DNA of 64,000 nt. Source: a virus. Below, in pieces: positions 41,366-49,882 of the stretch. The stretch lies in the IMG/VR virus record IMGVR_UViG_3300025834_000005. One strand, written 5' to 3'. Below the pieces are notes generated by a model. That model was given only the letters and a program-made list of their open reading frames with translations. It was not told the origin of the DNA and searched no databases. Numbering within the stretch: position 1 is the stretch's first letter; each line of letters begins with the position of its first letter. The position numbers were made by a program, and so were the translations under genes.

Positions 41366-42658
41366 TTAAATTATTACGTTATAAGTTGCTGTGGTTGGAA
41401 ATGGCGATACAGGCGTAAACATGTATCGTTTATATAATATGGATGTGTATCCTTCAGCACCTTCAACCAATAAATCAGCTAATTTTGTAAATGCTGTTTG
41501 AACAGGCGTATTTGCAAATTCAACAAATAATACTAAATGTACATCAGATAATGTTGCTGGATAAGCAAAAACCACATTTGTAGCACCTATAGGAATATTT
41601 ATAGTGAATGTTGAAAGATTGAAAGTGCTTGGTAATGATCTTATTGACGCACTTGAGTCTAAAGCATTTGATATTCCATAAAATGCTTTTCTTCTGCCTA
41701 CAATTGATGTTGATAATGATGATGTTCCAGCTGCTAATGGCGCATCTGGCGTACCGTCATGATTAGGGTCTGATGGGTCACCATATGAGTCAAGTGGCTG
41801 AGTACCTATAGCATATTGAAGTGATCCATTGAATGTGTTTGTACCATCAGTTATTAGTCTCGGATTTCTTGTTAATGTTAAGCCAGTCCCCACAGATGTA
41901 CCATCAATTATACATTCAACAATGCTTCCAGCTCTGTAATTTTGAAATGTGGATGGGTTCCAAATACCACCAACAACTAATCCGTTTATACTACCTCTGT
42001 TGAATGAATATGTTAATGCTACATTAGCATTCGTTCCAGCCTCAACATTGCTGCCATTTAAATTAGTTGTAAACCCAAATGATGATGCGCTAAATGTTGG
42101 ATAATATGTTGTTATTAATAATTTCTTAACAAAATCCGTGAAAGATGTTCCAGATAACATTAATCTCTGATCCCAGATACCACCAACCTCAACATTAGCT
42201 CTAACATCTTCATCAAGATAAGGTATTTCATTACCTTCTAATGTATGAGCAACTAATTGATGGTTTTCATATCTTATAACATCTTTTTCAGATGCGCCGC
42301 TTATTATTACTGGCACATCTGCATGATTTTCATCGGTTAATATAAATCCATCAACCTTATTTATGCGTGTATTTCCAGATAGATTTAATTCGCTACCTAA
42401 GCTTTGTTTAAAATTTAGATCGGATAAATTTGGCTTATACTCACGTACTACCTTATTATTTACAATTCTAATAAAATCACCCTCAGTTGTTGATTCAGAT
42501 ATTGATACAACTATATCATTATGATTACTATCTGTTAGTATAAGACCCTCATTTTTATTTATACGAGTATCGCCAGATAGATTTAATTCGCTATCTGGAT
42601 TTTGCTTAAATTGTATGTCGGATAAATCTGGTCTTGATTTAAATTTTGTAATTGTCAT
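41366..42658 (-). CDS. Tail fibre/baseplate-proximal protein with a duplicated N-terminal module
   Basis: 430 aa. First gene after the GTATTTATAT motif at 42671-42680. Two 66-aa N-terminal repeats (RPDLSDIQFKQNPDSELNLSGDTRINK... and KPNLSDLNFKQSLGSELNLSGNTRINK...). Confidence 0.5.
   Translation of the reverse strand: MTITKFKSRPDLSDIQFKQNPDSELNLSGDTRINKNEGLILTDSNHNDIVVSISESTTEGDFIRIVNNKVVREYKPNLSDLNFKQSLGSELNLSGNTRINKVDGFILTDENHADVPVIISGASEKDVIRYENHQLVAHTLEGNEIPYLDEDVRANVEVGGIWDQRLMLSGTSFTDFVKKLLITTYYPTFSASSFGFTTNLNGSNVEAGTNANVALTYSFNRGSINGLVVGGIWNPSTFQNYRAGSIVECIIDGTSVGTGLTLTRNPRLITDGTNTFNGSLQYAIGTQPLDSYGDPSDPNHDGTPDAPLAAGTSSLSTSIVGRRKAFYGISNALDSSASIRSLPSTFNLSTFTINIPIGATNVVFAYPATLSDVHLVLFVEFANTPVQTAFTKLADLLVEGAEGYTSILYKRYMFTPVSPFPTTATYNVII
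42248..42634 (-). repeat. Tandem duplication (2 x ~198 bp / 66 aa) at the 5' end of gene 41366-42658
   Basis: aa 9-74 versus 75-137. The DNA is also similar (cagatagatttaattcgcta... occurs in both copies). Confidence 0.8.
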
Positions 42659-42670
42659 GCTATGTTTATT

Positions 42671-42680
42671 ATATAAATAC
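42671..42680 (-). promoter_or_regulatory. Phage-specific (late-type) promoter motif GTATTTATAT
   Basis: Exact 10-mer, 12 nt upstream of the ATG at 42658 (head of the tail-fibre operon). Confidence 0.6.
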
Positions 42681-42701
42681 TTTTATTAATATTATTCTTC
42701 A

Positions 42702-45209
42702 TTAAGATTTACCTCTTTCGTAGCTTTTCATTCTGTTAATTAAGATCGGTATATTAATAGCTTTAGCTGTGAATCTTTCTCCGTCAATATCTAACGTAAT
42801 ATTAGCCTTCATTGTAACATCTTTATCGGCAAACTCAACCTTTAATGGCTTGCTTAATAATGTTGCTAATTCAGCGAATGCTGATCCACTTTTTGTATTC
42901 ATTTTTGATATTGATGCGACAACATTAGCTATAGCCTCATAATCAGATGCATTACCTGCAAGTGCTGTGTTAATCTCCTTAAATGCAGTTCCAATTTTTT
43001 CAATTTTTGGAGCATATGCTGAGATAGCACCTAATGTGGCAAGTAACCCAATTCCGCCTATCATACCTATACCAGCACCACCCATTGCAAGACCAATAGC
43101 ACCTATACCACTTGCAACGCCTAATAGAGCACCTTCAGAACCTTTTGCAGAATCTATCATCTTACTAAATCCCTCAGCCATATAACCTATACCAGCAGCA
43201 GCGACGCCTATACCAGCACCGATACCTAAAGCCGCTAATCCAAATGCTGCAACAGGTGCGGTAGCAAAAGCAGCAGCCACACCCATGCCTATCATAGTTA
43301 CACCAATAATTCCTATAGTCCAATTTAACTTTGTTAGTTTTTCGCTATCAACATCCTTAATGGCTGAAGCTAACTGGCTTATACCGAGTGCTGCAACACC
43401 TATACCAGCACCTACGCCAGCAGCAGCAGCACCTACGCCTAACCCACCTCTCATCAGTCCCTTACCAACATTAGCATTGCCAGCACCACCGATTCCGCCA
43501 CCTAATCCGCCAGCACCACTCATAGCACTACCAGCATTTCGTGTAGCTCTCGCACCTCTTCCTAAACTTGTACCACCGAGCATATTTCTACCAGAGGCTA
43601 TATAAACTATTTTTGATAAAGCAGTTACGCCACCATTTAATAGCACAGCAGCACCAGTTATAATACCAGCAGCTTTTAGAAAATCATGATTTATATTTTC
43701 TTTAAACCATTTAGCGACTGCCTGAAATTTAGGTATAAAGAACTGCATAACATCGTTTACGCCTCTTAGCATCGGTAATAATATGGTTTTAAATGAAGCT
43801 AACGTTGCTTGTAATGCTTCTTCAAATGTTAATGAATCTTTAGCTCTTTGTTCTAATGTCGCTTTTTGTTGTATAAATAAATCTGCCTCAGATTTGGTAA
43901 GATCAGAGATATTTTTAGCTGTCGTCCCAATTATCACTTGAAATTGACCCGATTTAGAATTAAATATAGCTGAACCTTCTATAGCGTCTTTATTCTCTTT
44001 AGACATTCCAGAACCAAGCATATTTCTACGCATTTTTGAAATGTCAGCCATTCTTAAAGCTTGCTGGGTAAGTTCACCATTCTGTAAACCTAACGACTTC
44101 TCAACGGAAGCCATTCTATCTCTGTCAGCAGGCGATATAAATTTAGAAAATGAACCATCAGCTTGTCTTTGAAAAGTAACAACACCTTTAGTCATCTCAT
44201 TAATCTTCTCTGTAAACTTAGCTGGGTCATTACGTGATAAGAATAGCATTTCAAATGGGTCTGATTTAGCAAATTCTCCGCCCATTACTTGTAAACTGGC
44301 TGCTAATCCTATAGCACCTTCCAATGTTTTTGCTGTATCAATAGCGTTAAACGCTTGACTAAAATCAACATTCATTTTTGTAGCATACGCCGACATCTTC
44401 ATCATACCAGCAACACCACCTTTAAAATTATATAAGTTTAGTTTCTTGAAATTTTCATTAACATTCTTTAATGCTTTAGCTGTATTTATGCCATATTTTT
44501 CGCTTGAATGAACGAATTTTTCAGTCATTTCAAATGTTGTTTGAGCGTCAACACCCATTAACTCAAACTGAGCAGCCATTTTTGTGGCATTCTCAACACC
44601 CAATCCAGTGCCTCTACCGATCTTTACTATATCGACAATCATTTGCTCTGACATGACTCTGGCTCTGCCAGTTTCATCAGCAAATCCTTGCATAACTTGC
44701 TGTACATCGACCAATGAGCCACCCATTTCAGCAACAGACATAGCCGAATTTTCGAAAGACGTCCTAATCATTTCAGCTTTAACGCCAGACATTCCAAGAT
44801 TTAGAATAGTTTGTCTAATGATCTTATCAGAATCCATTAAGCCTTTTATCCAAACGGCTTCTAATTTAGTTTGACTAATTAAGAGGTCTTTAATCTTCTG
44901 ATGCTGCTCAACTCTCTGTTTATCAACCTTTAAATTTTCTTTTGAATTTATAAGATTATCTTTGGCAATTTTTAAAGCTTCTTTTTGGGTATCTGTAGCA
45001 GTTCCATTATTTTTTACAGCTGCTTTTATTATCTTCTCCTGTTTTTTTAATTCGAGAGTTAATATAGCTTCCTGAACTCTATGAGCCTCATCAAGTGCCT
45101 GTATTTTCTTTTTTTGATCGAAAATAGAACTTAGTGTAGCAGCTTGATCATCATAGTACTGCTTCTCAACCTTTAAAAAGTTTATTTCGTCGTCGTAATT
45201 TCTTGCCAT
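42702..45209 (-). CDS. Tail tape measure protein
   Basis: 835 aa. N-terminal coiled coil and a long helical core. Gly/Ala-rich hydrophobic segments (GGLGGGIGGAGNANVGKG..., GVGAAAAGVGAGIGVAALG...). Downstream of a chaperone-like gene that carries a slippery site. Confidence 0.8.
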   Translation of the reverse strand: MARNYDDEINFLKVEKQYYDDQAATLSSIFDQKKKIQALDEAHRVQEAILTLELKKQEKIIKAAVKNNGTATDTQKEALKIAKDNLINSKENLKVDKQRVEQHQKIKDLLISQTKLEAVWIKGLMDSDKIIRQTILNLGMSGVKAEMIRTSFENSAMSVAEMGGSLVDVQQVMQGFADETGRARVMSEQMIVDIVKIGRGTGLGVENATKMAAQFELMGVDAQTTFEMTEKFVHSSEKYGINTAKALKNVNENFKKLNLYNFKGGVAGMMKMSAYATKMNVDFSQAFNAIDTAKTLEGAIGLAASLQVMGGEFAKSDPFEMLFLSRNDPAKFTEKINEMTKGVVTFQRQADGSFSKFISPADRDRMASVEKSLGLQNGELTQQALRMADISKMRRNMLGSGMSKENKDAIEGSAIFNSKSGQFQVIIGTTAKNISDLTKSEADLFIQQKATLEQRAKDSLTFEEALQATLASFKTILLPMLRGVNDVMQFFIPKFQAVAKWFKENINHDFLKAAGIITGAAVLLNGGVTALSKIVYIASGRNMLGGTSLGRGARATRNAGSAMSGAGGLGGGIGGAGNANVGKGLMRGGLGVGAAAAGVGAGIGVAALGISQLASAIKDVDSEKLTKLNWTIGIIGVTMIGMGVAAAFATAPVAAFGLAALGIGAGIGVAAAGIGYMAEGFSKMIDSAKGSEGALLGVASGIGAIGLAMGGAGIGMIGGIGLLATLGAISAYAPKIEKIGTAFKEINTALAGNASDYEAIANVVASISKMNTKSGSAFAELATLLSKPLKVEFADKDVTMKANITLDIDGERFTAKAINIPILINRMKSYERGKS

Positions 45210-45225
45210 TGTTCTAATCTATATC

Positions 45226-45235
45226 ATATAAATAC
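45226..45235 (-). promoter_or_regulatory. Phage-specific (late-type) promoter motif GTATTTATAT
   Basis: Exact 10-mer, 16 nt upstream of the tape measure ATG (45209) and directly after a hairpin. Confidence 0.6.
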
Positions 45236-45236
45236 A

Positions 45237-45269
45237 AAAGGAACTAAATTATAATAACTTAGTTCCTTT
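45237..45269 (-). terminator. Hairpin/terminator between the chaperone region and the tape measure promoter
   Basis: 11-bp stem AAAGGAACTAA / TTAGTTCCTTT with an 11-nt loop. On the minus strand it is followed by TGTATTTAT (U-rich) and runs into the late motif. Confidence 0.5.
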
Positions 45270-45272
45270 TTT

Positions 45273-45431
45273 TTATTTATTTGATGCTCTTGCTCTTTGA
45301 CTTTCTATTTCATCGTTTTCTTTTTCCATTAAGTGTAGAAAGTATCTTCGTTTCCATACAGGTATGCTTTCCACATATTCGGCTTGAAATTTACCATGCT
45401 TTGTTAGAATATAAATTTCGTCATTTACCAT
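45273..45431 (-). CDS. Small ORF (52 aa from an internal ATG). Alternatively the -1 frame extension of the upstream chaperone-like gene.
   Basis: Hand translation of the -1 frame after the T9 run gives PKQLAGDYKKMVNDEIYILTKHGKFQAEYVESIPVWKRRYFLHLMEKENDEIESQRARASNK*, 62 codons open with the stop at 45273-45275. It is below the ORF-track length cut-off. Confidence 0.35.
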   Translation of the reverse strand: MVNDEIYILTKHGKFQAEYVESIPVWKRRYFLHLMEKENDEIESQRARASNK

Positions 45432-45448
45432 TTTCTTATAGTCACCTG

Positions 45449-46318
45449 CTAACTGTTTGGGAAAAAAAAATCTATACCGAGAGTTAATGTTGATGTGAAT
45501 TTGTATCCATCATCAGCTGTAAATGTATATCTAAGATCAACATCTGGTGATACTTCACCAATTTTTTTACGAATTGTAAATGAGTCTAAGGCTGGCATAG
45601 CATCGACAAACTTATCAATATAACCTCTGTCGGTATTACCATCAATTGATATAATACTTGCTTTAAGTCTTAGTGTGCCATATGAGCTGAAAGATTCTTG
45701 AAAGGCTGATTTCATGGCTTCTGCTCTTTTTGATACGATATCATCCTCATTATATGTTAAAATCCTAAATTTTACGGTTTTCTTTCTCATGGGAATATTA
45801 ACTGTAAAATGTCCCTCAGCATCTGGTTCTTCACCTATGGATTTGTATGTTAAATCTAATAGGTTTACAACTGATTTAAATGGTACACCTGTCCTTGGAT
45901 CGGTTACGATAACTGAATAGTCAGCACCGTATGATGACGTCCTTAAAAAGAGTATTAACGCATTTCTATCGCCTTGAAGTAAATCTTGAATGTTTACATT
46001 CGGTGTTTTCACCTTTCTTCTTAATAATAAATCGAGAACAGTACCATTTTCAATTAAAGACGGAGTTGTTAAAAGGTCTTCGTCCTTTGACGTCATGTAT
46101 TCGATGTTAATTTCACTTAAATGATTATCATAATACATTCCCTTTGAAGGTAAACTTACTGTTTCGTAAGGTATAATGAGATCAGGGTCAACTTCTTTAC
46201 CCATTACATTATTAAAACCGCCTGTCATAGGAATAACATCTGCGCTTTTTACATCAGTATTTTGTTTATATCCTTGTATAGCATTTTTGAGTGCTTGTGC
46301 TCCTGTTTCTTTACCCAT
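45449..46318 (-). CDS. Baseplate-hub assembly / tape-measure chaperone-like protein (T4 gp26-like pattern)
   Basis: 289 aa. ...VSLPSKGMYY...IEYMTSKDEDLL... resembles the T4 gp26 baseplate family pattern as I recall it. It sits immediately upstream of the tape measure gene. A T9 slippery run lies 5 codons before its stop. Confidence 0.4.
   Translation of the reverse strand: MGKETGAQALKNAIQGYKQNTDVKSADVIPMTGGFNNVMGKEVDPDLIIPYETVSLPSKGMYYDNHLSEINIEYMTSKDEDLLTTPSLIENGTVLDLLLRRKVKTPNVNIQDLLQGDRNALILFLRTSSYGADYSVIVTDPRTGVPFKSVVNLLDLTYKSIGEEPDAEGHFTVNIPMRKKTVKFRILTYNEDDIVSKRAEAMKSAFQESFSSYGTLRLKASIISIDGNTDRGYIDKFVDAMPALDSFTIRKKIGEVSPDVDLRYTFTADDGYKFTSTLTLGIDFFFPNS
45462..45470 (-). promoter_or_regulatory. 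Candidate -1 programmed frameshift / transcriptional slippage site (T9 run; heptamer T_TTT_TTC)
   Basis: The minus strand reads GAT TTT TTT TTC CCA AAC AGT TAG. The run lies 5 codons before the stop, and the -1 frame is open for 62 further codons. Confidence 0.45.
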
Positions 46319-46431
46319 ATTATATAATTATTTATAATTTTTTATTAATTTAATAATAAATAGTGCTTTTTTCAAAATAAATTCAAGATTCAAAATTCTT
46401 ATGTGTATAATGTAATAAAATTATATGTCAT

Positions 46432-47220
46432 ATGGGAAAAAAGAATACTAAACTCGAAGATACAAAGCAAGAGGAAAGGGATTATCAAAGCATCGTTAAT
46501 GGTGCTGATAAGAGTATTTCAACCTTGAAATTCGAGATAAATAAAATTATTACGAGCGATATTAAAGTAGAGGCAAAAAATGATAGCCAGAAAAAAATCA
46601 TTAAATCGATTAAATCTAATGAGGTTACGATTTGTTCTGGATTTGCTGGAACTGGTAAAACATATGTAGCGTTGGGTATTGCTCTTGATTTGCTTAGAAA
46701 GGCAAATACACCCTATAGAAGAATTTATTTATTGAAATCTGTTACGCCTTTAAAAGGTGAGGAGGTTGGATTTCTAAAGGGTGGTATTGAAGAAAAGATT
46801 GATCCTTTTATGTGGAGTTTTAATTTAAATATTACTAAATTAATTCCAGAGAAAGCATTTAAATCTTTAACAGACGCTAATTTCATTAAAGCTGTTCCGC
46901 TAACATATTTAAGGGGAACAACCTTGGATGATTGTATTATGATTTTAGATGAGACTCAGAATGTCGCAATTAAAAATGTTAGAACAGCGATGACACGTAT
47001 AGGTACTAATTGTAAATTGATTATGCTTGGTGACGTTGATCAGATAGATTTAAAGAATGAAACGGAAAGTGCTTTAAAACCGATTATTGACATGTTTGGC
47101 GATACGCCGAGTATCGGAGTTATCGAAATGGATGTTAATGATAAAAATGTTAGAAATCCATTAATAGCATTAATTGAAGCAAAATTTAAAGAATATTTTA
47201 ATAAAACAAATAAAAAATGA
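46432..47220 (+). CDS. phoH: PhoH-like ATPase
   Basis: Walker A CSGFAGTGKTYVALG and Walker B IMILDETQN, followed by ...MLGDVDQIDL, the typical PhoH pattern. Confidence 0.85.
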   Translation: MGKKNTKLEDTKQEERDYQSIVNGADKSISTLKFEINKIITSDIKVEAKNDSQKKIIKSIKSNEVTICSGFAGTGKTYVALGIALDLLRKANTPYRRIYLLKSVTPLKGEEVGFLKGGIEEKIDPFMWSFNLNITKLIPEKAFKSLTDANFIKAVPLTYLRGTTLDDCIMILDETQNVAIKNVRTAMTRIGTNCKLIMLGDVDQIDLKNETESALKPIIDMFGDTPSIGVIEMDVNDKNVRNPLIALIEAKFKEYFNKTNKK

Positions 47221-47948
47221 AAAAAGTAAAAATAGGAATTGATATTAATGAAATTCTAAGAGCAAAATGGTTACAATTTGACCGTTATTACCTCAATGAA
47301 TTTGGCGAAGAGGGTGTGCCAGCGAAAATACCTTATGTATATGATTATTTTAATACATATGCGTGGAATGCAACATCGGAACAGATTAATGTTTTGAAAG
47401 AGAAATTTGATGATAACTTCAATACTCTTGATTATGTTGTGGATGAAGAAACTGGTGAAGCACCAGTAGATACGTTTATTTCTAATAAAGAAATTGTAAG
47501 CGAAACAGCACTTGAGGTTTATAATAAGTTCATGCATCTTGATTTTGTATTTGAAATCTCAGGGTCAGCACCTTTTATGTATAAGGGACTTGATTTAGAC
47601 TTAAAAAACTTTTTGTATAAGTATGGTAAGTTTATTGATGTTACAATATTTTCGGTTGAAAATGTTCACACAATTCCGCCGACTCTATTCTTTTTAAGTA
47701 GAATAATGTCACGTTTTAGTACCTATAAGTTTGTTGAGAACTCAACAGATATTATTGAAGATGTTGACGTTATTATTACAACTGATCCTAAATTGTTGAA
47801 TGTTAAATTACCTGAAGGTAAAACAATCATCAAAGTAAATAGACCTTACAACGTTGATAACGGAACTGATTATTCATCGGTACTTCAATTAGTTGAATTG
47901 GTTGATAACGTTGAGTTTGAAAAATTAATTGGTTACGAAAAAAAATGA
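47217..47948 (+). CDS. Hypothetical protein, possibly a degenerate NT5C/HAD-like 5'-nucleotidase
   Basis: 243 aa. The N-terminal KIGIDINEIL aligns with the HAD motif I (DxDxV), but the second Asp is Asn. Near the C-terminus VDVIITTDP stands in place of the IDD motif. ATGA overlaps with both neighbours. Confidence 0.3.
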   Translation: MKKVKIGIDINEILRAKWLQFDRYYLNEFGEEGVPAKIPYVYDYFNTYAWNATSEQINVLKEKFDDNFNTLDYVVDEETGEAPVDTFISNKEIVSETALEVYNKFMHLDFVFEISGSAPFMYKGLDLDLKNFLYKYGKFIDVTIFSVENVHTIPPTLFFLSRIMSRFSTYKFVENSTDIIEDVDVIITTDPKLLNVKLPEGKTIIKVNRPYNVDNGTDYSSVLQLVELVDNVEFEKLIGYEKK

Positions 47949-49066
47949 CGAAACAAATAAATAAGAATATGTTAGAAAATAATGAATTAAATAAAGAAAA
48001 CATAGCAGTTTTAAGTAAAGCTGCTACGAGATTAGAGTCGAAAGAGTCTAAGTTTATATTCTGTGTACCAGAATCTATTAGTCCATCTGCCTCAGTATAT
48101 GAGATATATACTCACGCAAATGTTGTAAAAAGTATGGGTTATAATGTTATAATTATGACTGAAAATACAGATCTTAAAGCACCTGAATGGATGGAATCAT
48201 CATTAGGCGACCTTAAGCATGTGTTGATTAGTGATTCGAAAATAAACGTATCACCTGATGATTTCATGGTAATTCCAGAAGTATTCACAAATATTATGGA
48301 GCAGGTTAAAAACCTACCATGTAAAAAAATCTGTTTATTACAATCATTCGATTACATGTTAAATGGCTTAATTCCAGGATCTGACATTGAATTATTCGGT
48401 ATTAATGATATTATTACCACGTCTGAGACATTGAAAAATATGTTAAACACTTTTTACGGCGAAAAGTTTAAAGTTGAGACTTATAATATCGGTATACCTG
48501 ATTACTTCCATGCATCTGACAAGCCTCAGAATCCTGTGATCTCAATCGTAGGCAGAAATAATAACGATATTACTAAGGTGATTAAATTATTTTTCAGTAA
48601 ATATCCACATTTGAAGTGGATTACTTTTGATCCATTACTCACAAATACAAAGCCACCAACACAGTTGGATAGGGTTAGCTTTGCTGAGAGACTGCGTAAT
48701 AACTTTGCGGCTGTATGGATCGATAGAATCGCATCTTTCGGTACTTTCCCTGTTGAGTGTATGAAAAGCGGTGTAATTCCAATTTTCATTGTACCTGATA
48801 TTGAACCTGAATATTTAAAAAATGATCAGGGAGAATATGTTGAGGCTGGCATGTACACGAGCAACATTTACGATTTACCTATAATGATCGGCGATCTTCT
48901 TACTAAGTTTATTGATGATAGTATTCCAGAGGGAATTTACGAAACAATGGCTGAAATTTCAAAAAGATATGATATGAGTAATTCTATCGAGCAGATTACA
49001 AATATTTATGCTAAATATGCTGAGGAAAGAATTAGTTTTTTAAAAAATGCAATAAATTTACAATAA
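47945..49066 (+). CDS. Putative glycosyltransferase (GT-B-like)
   Basis: 373 aa. Rossmann-like N-terminus KFIFCVPESISPSASVYEIY...GYNVIIM. The C-terminal ...FGTFPVECMKSGVIPIFIVPD resembles the GT1 E..a.G.P motif. Confidence 0.45.
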   Translation: MTKQINKNMLENNELNKENIAVLSKAATRLESKESKFIFCVPESISPSASVYEIYTHANVVKSMGYNVIIMTENTDLKAPEWMESSLGDLKHVLISDSKINVSPDDFMVIPEVFTNIMEQVKNLPCKKICLLQSFDYMLNGLIPGSDIELFGINDIITTSETLKNMLNTFYGEKFKVETYNIGIPDYFHASDKPQNPVISIVGRNNNDITKVIKLFFSKYPHLKWITFDPLLTNTKPPTQLDRVSFAERLRNNFAAVWIDRIASFGTFPVECMKSGVIPIFIVPDIEPEYLKNDQGEYVEAGMYTSNIYDLPIMIGDLLTKFIDDSIPEGIYETMAEISKRYDMSNSIEQITNIYAKYAEERISFLKNAINLQ

Positions 49067-49067
49067 A

Positions 49068-49865
49068 ATGACACAATTAAGTATAATAATTCCAGTACAT
49101 GAATTTAATGATACTGTTAAAGAATATCTCATTAAGGCTATAAATTCGATTGAGGCTCAAACTGAGATATCTGAAAAACCTCGAATGGTTTTCGTGTTTC
49201 CACCTTCAATTAGTAGAGACGTTCAAGATACTGTTGCTGCTATTCAGCCTAATAACGTTACTTATATTAATAATACTGGTTTAACTGATTATCAGTCTCA
49301 AGTAAATTTAGCCTTATCTGTAGTTGATTCAGAGTATTTTTCAGTATTCGAATTCGACGACGAACTTGGTACAACATATGCGAAAAATGTTGAAAAATAC
49401 ATTAAAGCATATCCACTTGTTGACTTGTTCATTCCTATGATGCTTGAGGTTGACGCTGATAATAAGCCTTTAAAAATCTCTAATGAGGTTGCATGGTCAC
49501 AGCATTTTGCTGGTGATATCGAAAAACTTGGGTTTCTTAGCATTGATACTGTTAAATCATACTCTGATTTTAAATTATCTGGTGCTGTAATCAGAAAATC
49601 TAATTATCTGAAAAATGGTGGATATAAGACGAATATTAAATTAACTTTTATGTTTGAATATCTCTTAAGGGTGTTAAATAATGATGGTAAGGTATTTATA
49701 ATTCCGAAAATCGTTTACAAGCATTTAGTTGACCGTACCGATAGCATGTTCGAGGTGTACTCGAAAACAATGCCTAAACTCGAACGTAAATTCTGGTTCG
49801 ATGTAGCAATGAAAGAATATTTCTTCAGCAAAGATAGAGAAATTAATCTATTGAGCATTAGTTAA
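49068..49865 (+). CDS. Glycosyltransferase family 2 (GT-A)
   Basis: 265 aa. LSIIIPVHEFND (compare vSiiiP.yN) and FEFDDE (DxD). Confidence 0.65.
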   Translation: MTQLSIIIPVHEFNDTVKEYLIKAINSIEAQTEISEKPRMVFVFPPSISRDVQDTVAAIQPNNVTYINNTGLTDYQSQVNLALSVVDSEYFSVFEFDDELGTTYAKNVEKYIKAYPLVDLFIPMMLEVDADNKPLKISNEVAWSQHFAGDIEKLGFLSIDTVKSYSDFKLSGAVIRKSNYLKNGGYKTNIKLTFMFEYLLRVLNNDGKVFIIPKIVYKHLVDRTDSMFEVYSKTMPKLERKFWFDVAMKEYFFSKDREINLLSIS

Positions 49866-49882
49866 AAACCCTCTATAATTAA

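Noticed and set aside
42967-44874. Plus-strand ORFs inside the tape measure gene (42967-43185, 43285-43605, 44584-44874) with Pro/Ala/Ile-rich translations
   Set aside because: They are the antisense reading of Gly/Ala-rich codon runs in a long, well-supported minus-strand gene. They have no start context or promoter, so they are artefacts of composition.
45281-45487. 68-aa plus-strand ORF in the chaperone to tape-measure intergenic region
   Set aside because: It lies antisense to the 3' end of the chaperone-like gene and to the open -1 frame or small minus-strand ORF. No promoter box faces it. The minus-strand interpretation explains the region better.
46406-46411. TATAAT hexamer (tgtgTATAATg) upstream of phoH, which looks like an E. 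coli-type -10 box
   Set aside because: The other promoters in the window follow the Bacteroidota TAnnTTTG logic. A lone TATAAT in very AT-rich DNA means little, and there is no matching -35.
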